Source: Pseudomonadota bacterium
GTDB taxonomy: Bacteria > Pseudomonadota > Gammaproteobacteria > Burkholderiales > Casimicrobiaceae
NCBI GenBank assembly: GCA_046733075.1
Contig: JBKPOL010000085.1
Coordinates: 1-33,605, forward strand
Direction: 5' to 3'
DNA: 33,605 nt
The position numbers and the translations under genes are program-made. The stretch's first letter is position 1; each line of letters begins with the position of its first letter. Below are positions 18,038 to 26,534 of this stretch, piece by piece. Below the pieces are notes generated by a model. The model made no database searches and was not told where the DNA came from. It saw only the letters and a list, made by a program, of their open reading frames with translations.

Positions 18038-18942
18038 AGCGCCTGCTCGTCGCGCTGCTGTGCGGAGGCGTTGCGGTGCAAGCCGGTGCGCGCCGTCTCG
18101 AAGCGGTGACGTTTCCATCGCTCGAACGCGATACATCCGGCGCCACCTTGATATTGCGCGGTGTGCTGCTGCTGCCACCGCGCGCCAAGCCGGCGGGCGG
18201 ATTTCCCGCCATCATCGCGCTGCACGGCTGCGGCGGCATGTACTCCACCCGCGAGGGTCACGACGGGGACGTCGCCGAACGCCTGCTGCTTCGCGTCGAG
18301 CCGTGGCTGCGTGACGGCTACGCGGTCCTGTTCGCCGACAGCTTTCGGCCTCGCGGCTTCCGGGAGGTTTGCACGATCCGTCACGGGGAAGCGACGGTGT
18401 CGGCGACGACTCGCCGTCTGGATGCCCTTGGCGCACTCGCTTATCTCGCCGCGCGATCGGACATTGCGCGGGAGCGTATCGCGCTGGTGGGCTGGTCCCA
18501 TGGCGGAAGCACCGCCTTGCAGGCGATCAACACCGGCGATCGCACGATCGGCGGTTTCTTTGCCCGGCAGGGTGCACCGCCCTTCTTCCGCGCGGCCGTG
18601 GCCTTCTATCCTGGCTGCGCAACGCCGCTGAAGGCGGGGGACCGGTATCGTCCGGGAACGCCGACGCGAGTTCATATCGGCGAGCTCGACGACTGGACGC
18701 CCGCGCACACCTGCGTCGATCTCGGTGCCGCGTTGAAAAGCCGCGATGCGGATTTCAGTGTCACCGTGTATGCCGATAGCTATCATGCGTTCGATTCGCC
18801 TACGGGCAAGGTCGTGCATCGAACGGACGTGCCGAACGGCGTTCGCCCCGGGTCCGGCGTGCATGTCGGTCCAAATGCCAATGCACGAGAAAGCGCGAAT
18901 GCGAGTGTCAGCGCGTTCCTGCGCGAGCGGCTTTCGCCCTGA
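18034..18942 (+). CDS. Exported dienelactone-hydrolase-family alpha/beta hydrolase (Ser nucleophile)
   Basis: SD GGAGGA; TTG overlaps the upstream TGA; signal peptide; LHGCGG, GWSHGG, FYPGC, GELDDWTP, HAFD. Confidence 0.88.
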   Translation: MKRLLVALLCGGVAVQAGARRLEAVTFPSLERDTSGATLILRGVLLLPPRAKPAGGFPAIIALHGCGGMYSTREGHDGDVAERLLLRVEPWLRDGYAVLFADSFRPRGFREVCTIRHGEATVSATTRRLDALGALAYLAARSDIARERIALVGWSHGGSTALQAINTGDRTIGGFFARQGAPPFFRAAVAFYPGCATPLKAGDRYRPGTPTRVHIGELDDWTPAHTCVDLGAALKSRDADFSVTVYADSYHAFDSPTGKVVHRTDVPNGVRPGSGVHVGPNANARESANASVSAFLRERLSP

Positions 18943-18980
18943 TAATCCTCGGACCTCGCTCCTTGCACGAAGCTCACCCC

Positions 18981-19321
18981 ATGAGAATCCTGTTGCGCCT
19001 CTTCCTGCTCGGAACCGCCTTGCTGCTCATGACCACGCTTCACGCGCAGTCCCTCGCACCCGACATCGTCGTGACCAAGGTCGTCGATGCGCCTGTCGCT
19101 GACGTATGGCAAGTCTGGACGACGGCCGAAGGCATCGAAAGCTTTTTCGCGCCGAAGGCCGTCAAAGTCGTGCCCGAGCCGGTCGAGGGCAACAGGACGT
19201 CGGTGACGCTGCGCAACTTCGGTTACGGCCCGGGCGAGGCATGGGCCAGGACGAAAGCCTATTTCGAGAGGGCATGGCCCGCCGTATGGCGAACCTCGAA
19301 AAGCGCTTCGCCAAGCCCTGA
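18981..19321 (+). pseudogene. SRPBCC/AHSA1-like exported protein, internally deleted and frameshifted
   Basis: The N-terminal part (VVDAPVADVWQVWTT.EGI.SFF) joins directly to the C-terminal part (EPVEGNRTSVTL...YFERAWPAV). The terminal helix MANLEKRFAKP* is in another frame (19286-19321). Confidence 0.7.
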
Positions 19322-19333
19322 AGAGGCTCCGCC

Positions 19334-20119
19334 ATGGATCTCGGACTGAGCGGGCGGGTCGTCGTTGTCACCGGCGGAAGCAAGGGCATCGGTTTTGCCT
19401 GCGCGGAAGCTTTTGCGCGCGAGCGCGCACGGGTTGCGCTTGTTTCGCGCAGCCGTGCGAATCTCGATTCAGCGATCGCAAGAATCACCGGCACGCAGCA
19501 GCCGCTGTTGGGTTTCGTCGCGGACCTGGCGGAGGCGACACAGGCAGCTCGCATGGTCGACGACGTGGAAGACCACCTCGGACCGATCGACGTTCTCGTG
19601 AACTCGGCCGGCGCCGCGAAGCGCTATCCACCCGAGGAGCTGAACGCAAAGGCATGGCATGACGCGATGGACGCGAAGTTCTTCACGTACATTCATCCGC
19701 TCGATATCGTGATCAAGCGGATGGCCGCGCGCGGAGGCGGCAGCGTCATCAACATCATCGGCGCAGGCGGCAAGACGGCGAACCCGGTGCACCTTGCCGG
19801 CGGCTCGGCGAATGCGGCGCTGATGCTCGCGACCGTGGGGCTCGCTGCGGCCTACGGCCCGCGCGGTGTGCGTGTGAACGCGATCAACCCAGGCGGGACG
19901 TTGACGGGACGCGTCCAGGAAGGACTGAATGCAGAGGCGAGGATGACGGGCTTGTCCGCTGATGCGATCCTGACCCAGCAGCAGGCACGCATTCCACTGC
20001 GTCGCCTCGGAATGCCGGAGGAAATTGCGGAGGTCGCGGTCTTCCTCGCCTCCACTCAGGCGAGTTACGTCACCGGCGCGATCATTCCGATGGACGGCGG
20101 CGCCGCCGCCGTCATCTGA
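19334..20119 (+). CDS. Short-chain dehydrogenase/reductase (atypical active site)
   Basis: TGGSKGIG, VNSAG, VRVNAINPG, YVTGAIIPMDGG; no YxxxK. Confidence 0.9.
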   Translation: MDLGLSGRVVVVTGGSKGIGFACAEAFARERARVALVSRSRANLDSAIARITGTQQPLLGFVADLAEATQAARMVDDVEDHLGPIDVLVNSAGAAKRYPPEELNAKAWHDAMDAKFFTYIHPLDIVIKRMAARGGGSVINIIGAGGKTANPVHLAGGSANAALMLATVGLAAAYGPRGVRVNAINPGGTLTGRVQEGLNAEARMTGLSADAILTQQQARIPLRRLGMPEEIAEVAVFLASTQASYVTGAIIPMDGGAAAVI

Positions 20120-20351
20120 CGTTCGAAGTACCGCGCGCTTCCGGCGGGCTCAAGCGAGATCCGACGACCAGTCGGCCGTTCGCGCCCGAAGAACGAAGAC
20201 GACGGCGCGAGGTAATTCTTCGAGGCAAGTTGCTGCCCGTACGGTATGTGCGTTCCTCGCGCGGTTCGTTTGATTGATTCGGCGTCGTGGTGCACCCGAC
20301 ACACAGAAGCAAAAGCGCGCTGGCGGAAGTCCGATGGTTTTGTATTGTCAC
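20112..20351 (-). CDS. Small putative lipoprotein (79 aa)
   Basis: SD AAGGAGG upstream of GTG; lipobox-like LLLCVGC; YRTGSNLPR motif. Confidence 0.6.
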   Translation of the reverse strand: MTIQNHRTSASALLLLCVGCTTTPNQSNEPREERTYRTGSNLPRRITSRRRLRSSGANGRLVVGSRLSPPEARGTSNVR

Positions 20352-20464
20352 AGCGGATCCTCCTTCCGAAGAGCCGTCGGATTATCCCACTGGCCGCCAC
20401 GTGCACAATCCGGGTTTCGCAAACGGGTCGAATAACGGGATGAACACACCTTACCGAACATGAA

Positions 20465-21994
20465 ATGAGCTACCGCGACCTGCGCGACTTCATCGCGCAA
20501 CTCGAGGCGATCGGGGAGTTGAGGCGCGTTGCAGCGGCCGTCGATCCAAGGCTCGAGATGACGGCGCTCTGCGACCGTGCCTTGCGCGCACGCGGACCGG
20601 CACTGCTGTTCGAGAACCCGACAGGCACGTTCAGGGGTCCGAACGGGCAAACGATTCCCGTGCTCGGCAACCTCTTCGGAACGCCGGAACGCGTCGCGAG
20701 GGCGATGGGCGCTGACACATCAAATTGGCAGGCGTCGTTGCGAGACGTCGGCCGTTTGCTGTCGTTCCTGCGGGAGCCGGAACCGCCGAAGAGCCTCATC
20801 GATGCGTGGCGCACGACGCGGCCCGTGTTTATGCGCGTGCTGGACATGGCGCCCAAGGAACGCAGTTCGGGCGCGTGTCAGGAAGTCGTTTGGGAAGGGG
20901 ACGACGTGGATCTCACGCGCCTGCCGATCCAGACGTGCTGGCCCGGCGATGCGGGGCCGCTGATCACCTGGGGTTTGACGGTCACGCGCGGACCGCACAA
21001 GAAGCGGCAGAACCTCGGCATCTATCGGCAACAGGTGATCGCGCCGAACAAGGTGATCATGCGCTGGCTCGCGCATCGCGGCGGCGCGCTCGATTTTCGC
21101 GATCACGCCCTCGGGTCGCCCGGCACTCCGTTTCCGATCGCCGTCGCGCTGGGAGCCGACCCCGCGACGATCCTCGGTGCCGTCACGCCGGTGCCTGATA
21201 CGTTATCCGAATACCAATTCGCGGGGTTGTTGCGAGGTGGCCGCACGGAGATCACCCGGTGCCTGACTCACGACCTGCAGGTTCCGTGTGCAGCCGAGAT
21301 CGTGCTCGAGGGTCACATCGAGCCGGACGCGACCGATGCGAGCGGCTACGAAACGGCGCTCGAGGGACCGTTCGGCGACCACACCGGTTATTACAACGAA
21401 GTCGAACGGTTCCCGGTGCTTACGATTGCGCGGATCACCCTGCGGCGAGATCCGATCTATCACTCGACGTATACGGGCAAGCCGCCCGACGAGCCGGCGA
21501 TGCTCGGCGTCGCGCTGAACGAAGTCTTCGTGCCGCTGCTTCAGCGCCAGTATCCGGAAATCGTCGACTTCTATCTGCCGCCGGAAGGCTGCAGCTACCG
21601 GCTCGCGGTCGTCTCCATGAAGAAGCAGTATGCCGGGCATCCGAAACGCGTGATGTTCGGCATCTGGAGCTTTCTGCGCCAGTTCATGTACACGAAGATG
21701 ATCATCGTCACCGACGACGACGTTCAGATACGCGACTGGAAGGAGGTGATCTGGGCGCTCACCACGCGTGTCGATCCCGCCCGCGACACGTTGATCGTGG
21801 GCAACACGCCCATCGACTATCTGGATTTCGCCTCGCCGGTCGCCGGACTCGGCAGCAAGATCGGCATCGACGCAACCAACAAGTGGCCGGGCGAGACGAA
21901 CCGGCAATGGGGACGACCGATCACGATGAGCCCGGACGTCGTCGCGCGCGTGGAAGTGATCTGGAATTCGCTCGAGGGGGAATCGCGCAGATGA
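20465..21994 (+). CDS. ubiD: 4-hydroxy-3-polyprenylbenzoate decarboxylase
   Basis: [69 protein letters not shown]. Confidence 0.97.
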   Translation: MSYRDLRDFIAQLEAIGELRRVAAAVDPRLEMTALCDRALRARGPALLFENPTGTFRGPNGQTIPVLGNLFGTPERVARAMGADTSNWQASLRDVGRLLSFLREPEPPKSLIDAWRTTRPVFMRVLDMAPKERSSGACQEVVWEGDDVDLTRLPIQTCWPGDAGPLITWGLTVTRGPHKKRQNLGIYRQQVIAPNKVIMRWLAHRGGALDFRDHALGSPGTPFPIAVALGADPATILGAVTPVPDTLSEYQFAGLLRGGRTEITRCLTHDLQVPCAAEIVLEGHIEPDATDASGYETALEGPFGDHTGYYNEVERFPVLTIARITLRRDPIYHSTYTGKPPDEPAMLGVALNEVFVPLLQRQYPEIVDFYLPPEGCSYRLAVVSMKKQYAGHPKRVMFGIWSFLRQFMYTKMIIVTDDDVQIRDWKEVIWALTTRVDPARDTLIVGNTPIDYLDFASPVAGLGSKIGIDATNKWPGETNRQWGRPITMSPDVVARVEVIWNSLEGESRR

Positions 21995-22081
21995 TCATCG
22001 TGCAGCGGCGTCGGCCCGCAACAGGCGCTCGACGTGTCGAAGCACGCCCGCGAGCGGATCGAGCGTTGCTTACCTGGTCGC

Positions 22082-22381
22082 TTACCGCCGGTTCATCAGG
22101 AGGCCGATCAGGAAGCCCGCAGCCGCGGCCGCGCCGATCGCGGCCCACGGATTTTCGTGCACGTAGTCATCGGTTGCGCGAGCGGCGACGCGCGCCGTGT
22201 CCATTGCTTCGCCTTCGAGCTCCTGGAGCCGCAGCTTCGCTCCGAGAAGCTTCGCTTCGACCTGAGCACGCAGGTCCTTCGCGCGTTCGCCCGTTTCGTT
22301 GCCGGCGCGGCGAAGAAGCTCCTCGGCTTCCGTCAGCATCGCGGAAAAGTCGTCGAGCAGCGTTTCGCGGGAGAGGTTCAT
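22082..22381 (-). CDS. elaB: ElaB/YqjD/DUF883 tail-anchored protein
   Basis: DDYVHENPWAAIGAAAAAGFLIGLLMNRR C-terminal signature; SD AGGAG. Confidence 0.9.
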   Translation of the reverse strand: MNLSRETLLDDFSAMLTEAEELLRRAGNETGERAKDLRAQVEAKLLGAKLRLQELEGEAMDTARVAARATDDYVHENPWAAIGAAAAAGFLIGLLMNRR

Positions 22382-22447
22382 GGTCGACTCCTACTGGTGT
22401 GCCGGGGGATCGGCGGGACGAAGCGCGCTGAGCTTCGCGGGTGTCGG

Positions 22448-22454
22448 ATTATAG
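22448..22454 (-). promoter_or_regulatory. -10 element CTATAAT upstream of elaB
   Basis: Perfect TATAAT with C at -13 and no good -35, consistent with an RpoS-type promoter. Confidence 0.45.
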
Positions 22455-22523
22455 CCAGGTTCAACTTGCATCGCGTTTCGAAGCGTGCTGTGATCGCGAA
22501 TCATCCATCACCCTTTGCGAGAC

Positions 22524-22994
22524 ATGCCGAACCTGCGCCTGCCGGCGGTCGACCCGATGACGGTTGAAGAGAAGCGCGGCTCCAGTTATCCCGAGCCGTT
22601 CCGCTCACGGATGGGCGCGCGGGTGAAGCGACGCCTCGGCGAGGCGTGCGGGCTCACGAAGTTCGGCGTCAACCTGGTTACGCTCCCGCCTGCCGGCCAA
22701 TCCGCCCTTCGCCACTGGCACACGCTCGAGGACGAATTCGTCTATGTGCTCGAGGGAGAGGTGGTGCTTATCACGAACGCCGGCGAGCAGGTGCTTCGCG
22801 CAGGCGAATGTGCCGGCTACCCCGCGGGGAAGGCGGATGGACATCACTTCATCAATCGCAGCGACCGCCCGGCCCGGTACCTGGAGATTGGCAACCGGAA
22901 CCCGGCCGATATTGCGTACTACCCGGACGATGACCTTGCTTACGCGGACAACGCGTCCGGAGCCCTCGTGCACAAGGACGGTCGCCCGTATTAG
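22524..22994 (+). CDS. Cupin-domain protein
   Basis: LGEACGLTKFGVN, RHWHTLEDEFVYVLEG, GHHFIN, YPDDDL, HKDGRPY. Confidence 0.9.
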   Translation: MPNLRLPAVDPMTVEEKRGSSYPEPFRSRMGARVKRRLGEACGLTKFGVNLVTLPPAGQSALRHWHTLEDEFVYVLEGEVVLITNAGEQVLRAGECAGYPAGKADGHHFINRSDRPARYLEIGNRNPADIAYYPDDDLAYADNASGALVHKDGRPY

Positions 22995-23090
22995 CGCCTG
23001 CGACTGGCCTTGGGGTGCGGCCGCACTGAATCGCCACGCCTGTCTGGTCGCATCCAACGCCGAAGTCACGTAGAGCGAGCGACGAACACC

Positions 23091-23116
23091 CTTGATACCT
23101 GGGGGCGCCCCCCCAT
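23091..23116 (+). promoter_or_regulatory. sigma32 (RpoH)-like promoter
   Basis: CTTGAT-N14-CCCCAT, versus consensus CTTGAA-N13/14-CCCCAT. Confidence 0.55.
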
Positions 23117-23274
23117 CTTCAGCGCGTTGAACCGCGGCTCCAACGGTGCAATGAAACCGCCTTACGGCTGGCTCCAACGATGGCGTAAACGGCTTTACGG
23201 TTTTCGTGTCCCGCGGCGGTTCGACGTCTTGCATACGCGCCCAACGCGTTCAACGAAGGCAACCGGAGGCTTCG

Positions 23275-23697
23275 ATGGCTGATTACCAAGCGGTTCCGAC
23301 AGGTTCCTCCACCGAGGACCTCTCGCGACGGCCGCCCGTTACCGCGGTGCTGGTGGTCTATGCGCTGTTCGCGATCGCAGCCGTTGCCGCGATCGTCGGA
23401 CACGGGATGCTGGTCGGTGCGCCGTTGCTGACGATCATCGGCGTCGTTGCCGTCATCGTCGCGTACATCACACGAAGCGATGCACGCGGCACCTGGGCCG
23501 AGTCGCATCTCACTTGGCTAATTGGCACGTTCTGGTGGTCGTTTCTCTGGAACTGCCTGGGCTGGTTGCTGGCGGTGACGCTGATCGGATTGCCGCTGGC
23601 GATCGCGCTCTGGGTCGTGGCAACGATCTGGGTCGTCTACCGCGTGATTCGCGGCTACCTGCTCTTCCACGACAGCAAGCCGATCCCCGGCGTTTGA
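23275..23697 (+). CDS. DUF4870/COG3671-like membrane protein
   Basis: SD GGAGG; AYITRSDARGTWAESHLTWLIGTFWW...WVVYRVIRGYL. Confidence 0.85.
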   Translation: MADYQAVPTGSSTEDLSRRPPVTAVLVVYALFAIAAVAAIVGHGMLVGAPLLTIIGVVAVIVAYITRSDARGTWAESHLTWLIGTFWWSFLWNCLGWLLAVTLIGLPLAIALWVVATIWVVYRVIRGYLLFHDSKPIPGV

Positions 23698-23722
23698 TTT
23701 CGACCCGCTGCGAGCCCAGCGA

Positions 23723-25204
23723 TCAATTGCGCTGCAGCTTCGGGTCCCACGTCGCCGCGTTTCGATACACCCACTGCACGAGGTAATCGAGCGCGGGTCC
23801 GGCACGCGCCGCGTTGCGGTCGTTGACGATTGCCACGACCGTGAACCGGCGCCCGGTTGCGTCGTTGACGTAGCCCGCGAGCGCCCGCACGCCTTCGAGC
23901 GTGCCGGTCTTCAGCAACGCCTGTCCTGCGACGCTGCCGTTGCGGAACCGGCGCTCGAGGGTGCCGTCGACGGCCGCGACCGCGAGCGAATTCGCGAACT
24001 CCTCGCGCACCTCGCTTGTGTTCGCGGCGAGCAGCAAACGGTTGAATGCAGCCGCGCTCGTTCGCTCCCGGCGCGATAGTCCCGAGCCATTCTCGATTAC
24101 CAGTCCGGGCATTGCTATTTTGCGGCCGGCAAGCCAGCGCTTGATTGCCTCGGCAGCGCGCGCGGGTGTCGCGGGCACGGCTTCGTGAATTGTTGCGAGC
24201 GTCAGGAAGATCTGTCGTGCCATGACGTTGTTCGACAGCTTGTTGACGTCGCGGACGATGTCGGACAGCGGCGGCGACTCGAGGACGGCGAACGGGGGCC
24301 CGTCGACGGGCGCCGCGCGCTCCTTCACGTTTCCCGAAAACCGGCCGCCGGCCTCGCGGAAGTACGTCTCGAACATCGCACGCACGTAATGCGGGTGGTC
24401 GAGCATGGCGATCCACCAGTCGCGCTCGCCGCAGGAAGCAGGATAGGCACCGCCGAAGAGGATCGTGCCGCGATCGCCGCGATCGTCGATCGTCGGCGCC
24501 GCACGCTGTTGCCAGTCGCTGCATGCTGCGTCCGGCATCGCGGGCAGCACGCCGATGGTAACCGCATCGAGGGCTGGTTCCGAACGTACGATGACCCGTG
24601 TCGCCTCCGCGTCCGGCGCGAACATCAGGTGGACGGATTTGAAGTTGACGAGCAAGGCGTCGGGCCCGACGTTGTAGGGCTTGAGCGGCTCGTGATCGAA
24701 CGCGGACGGATCATGCGGCGGAAGCGCGAAGCGACTGCGGTCGAGTGCGAGATCGCCGTCGACGACCGTGAGACCGTTGCTGCGCAGCTGGGCCATGAAG
24801 GATTGCCACTGCTCGATCGTGATCTTCGGGTCGCCGTAACCCTTGAGGATCAGGTCGCCGCGCAGTTCGCCGTCGACGAGCGGGCCGCCGAGATACGCCT
24901 CCGTTTTCCACCGATAGGACGGGCCGAGCATGTCGAGCGCGGCGAACGTCGTGACCAGCTTCATCACCGATGCAGGATTGCGCGGCCGCTCGGCGTCGTG
25001 GTCGAATAGCGGATGCGGCTTGCCCGTTTCCTGCACGACGACACCGACGTGATTGAGCGGAATACCGGCGTCGAGGAACGCGCGGCCGACCTCGCGCGGA
25101 AGCTTCGCCTCTGCGGTGACGGCGAGCAGCAACGCGCCGAGCAGCATCGCGCGGCCGGTGCCGCAGGCGTGCCGAAAGACGGAGTGCTTCGCGTCTTTCA
25201 GCAC
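23723..25204 (-). CDS. dacB: D-Ala-D-Ala carboxypeptidase/endopeptidase PBP4 (S13)
   Basis: NPASVMK (SxxK), LSNN (SxN), ENGSGLSR, KTGTL. Start may be ATG 25147. Confidence 0.95.
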   Translation of the reverse strand: MLKDAKHSVFRHACGTGRAMLLGALLLAVTAEAKLPREVGRAFLDAGIPLNHVGVVVQETGKPHPLFDHDAERPRNPASVMKLVTTFAALDMLGPSYRWKTEAYLGGPLVDGELRGDLILKGYGDPKITIEQWQSFMAQLRSNGLTVVDGDLALDRSRFALPPHDPSAFDHEPLKPYNVGPDALLVNFKSVHLMFAPDAEATRVIVRSEPALDAVTIGVLPAMPDAACSDWQQRAAPTIDDRGDRGTILFGGAYPASCGERDWWIAMLDHPHYVRAMFETYFREAGGRFSGNVKERAAPVDGPPFAVLESPPLSDIVRDVNKLSNNVMARQIFLTLATIHEAVPATPARAAEAIKRWLAGRKIAMPGLVIENGSGLSRRERTSAAAFNRLLLAANTSEVREEFANSLAVAAVDGTLERRFRNGSVAGQALLKTGTLEGVRALAGYVNDATGRRFTVVAIVNDRNAARAGPALDYLVQWVYRNAATWDPKLQRN

Positions 25205-26520
25205 TGATCGAGGATGCGCGCCGTGCGCTCGACGAGGAGGGCGAACTCGTCGTCACGGAGGATGTACGGCGGCATGAAGTAGACGGTTTTGCCGATCGGT
25301 CGCAGCAGCAGTTCGTGCTCGAGCGCAGTCGTCGCGAACCAGCGCGAGAAATCGTCGCGCTCTGACTCGACGTCGAACGCAATGATCATTCCACACTGCC
25401 GTACGCTCCGCACGTTTCTATGGGCGGCGAGCGGTTCCATGTTGTTGCGCCAGCGCGACGCCCGTTCCCGGTTGACCGCGATGACGTCGTCGTCCCGGAA
25501 GATGTCGAGCACCGCGAGCGCCGCGCGGCACGCGAGCGCATTGCCCGTGTACGAGTGCGAATGCAGGAACCCGCGCGTGACGTCGTCGTCGTAGAACGCG
25601 TCATACACGTCATTCGTAACGAGCACGCACGACAGCGGAAGATAACCGCCGGTGATGCCCTTCGACAGGCACAGGAAGTCCGGCGTGATTCCCGCCTGCT
25701 CGCACGCGAACAGCGTGCCCGTCCGGCCGAAGCCGGTCATGATCTCGTCGGCGATCAGGTGGACGGCGTGCTGCTCGGTAAGTTCGCGAGCGACGCGCAG
25801 GAAGCGCGCGTCGTACATCGCCATGCCGCCGGCGCCCTGGACGAGGGGCTCGACAATCAGCGCGGATGTGGTCCCGGCGTGGCGCGAAAGGAACGCATCG
25901 AGCGCTGTGATCGCGTCGTCGACGGCTTGCGCCGCCGAGCGCGTCTCCCCGGGTTCCAGGGCCGGCGAGGGCAGGAGCGGCTGAACGTGCAGCAACGGCG
26001 CATACGCGTCGCGAAACAGCGCCACGTCAGTGACCGCGAGCGCGCCGATCGTTTCGCCGTGATAGCCGCGTGCGAGTCGCGCGAAGTGGCGCTTTGCCGC
26101 CGCACCGCGTTGGCTCCAGTAATGGAAGCTCATCTTGAGTGCGATCTCGGCGGCCGCCGCACCGTCGGACGCGTAGAACGCATGCGCGAGGCCAGGCGGC
26201 GCGAGTGCGCAGAGCCGCTCCGACAGCTCGATCACCGGAGCGTGCGTGAAACCGGCAAGCATCACGTGCTCGAGTGTGTCGAGTTGCCGGGCGAGCGCCG
26301 CATTGACGCGAGGATTGGCGTGACCGAACAGGTTCACCCACCACGAGCTGATTGCATCGAGATAGCGGCGTCCGTCGAAATCGTAGAGCCACGCGCCGTT
26401 GCCGCGCGCGATCGGCACGAGCGGAATCCGCTCGTGCTGCTTCATCTGCGTGCAAGGGTGCCAGACGGCGGCGCGGCTCCGGGCCTGCCAAGCCTCGTTG
26501 TCCTTGGAGGTCGCCGGCAT
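25198..26520 (-). CDS. bioA: Adenosylmethionine-8-amino-7-oxononanoate aminotransferase
   Basis: VWHPCTQM, SSWWVNLFGH, YHGETIGAL, EPLVQGAGGM, DEIMTGFGRTG, LSKGITGG, HSHSYTGN. Confidence 0.94.
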   Translation of the reverse strand: MPATSKDNEAWQARSRAAVWHPCTQMKQHERIPLVPIARGNGAWLYDFDGRRYLDAISSWWVNLFGHANPRVNAALARQLDTLEHVMLAGFTHAPVIELSERLCALAPPGLAHAFYASDGAAAAEIALKMSFHYWSQRGAAAKRHFARLARGYHGETIGALAVTDVALFRDAYAPLLHVQPLLPSPALEPGETRSAAQAVDDAITALDAFLSRHAGTTSALIVEPLVQGAGGMAMYDARFLRVARELTEQHAVHLIADEIMTGFGRTGTLFACEQAGITPDFLCLSKGITGGYLPLSCVLVTNDVYDAFYDDDVTRGFLHSHSYTGNALACRAALAVLDIFRDDDVIAVNRERASRWRNNMEPLAAHRNVRSVRQCGMIIAFDVESERDDFSRWFATTALEHELLLRPIGKTVYFMPPYILRDDEFALLVERTARILDQC

Positions 26521-26534
26521 GCCCGTCCCGCCGT

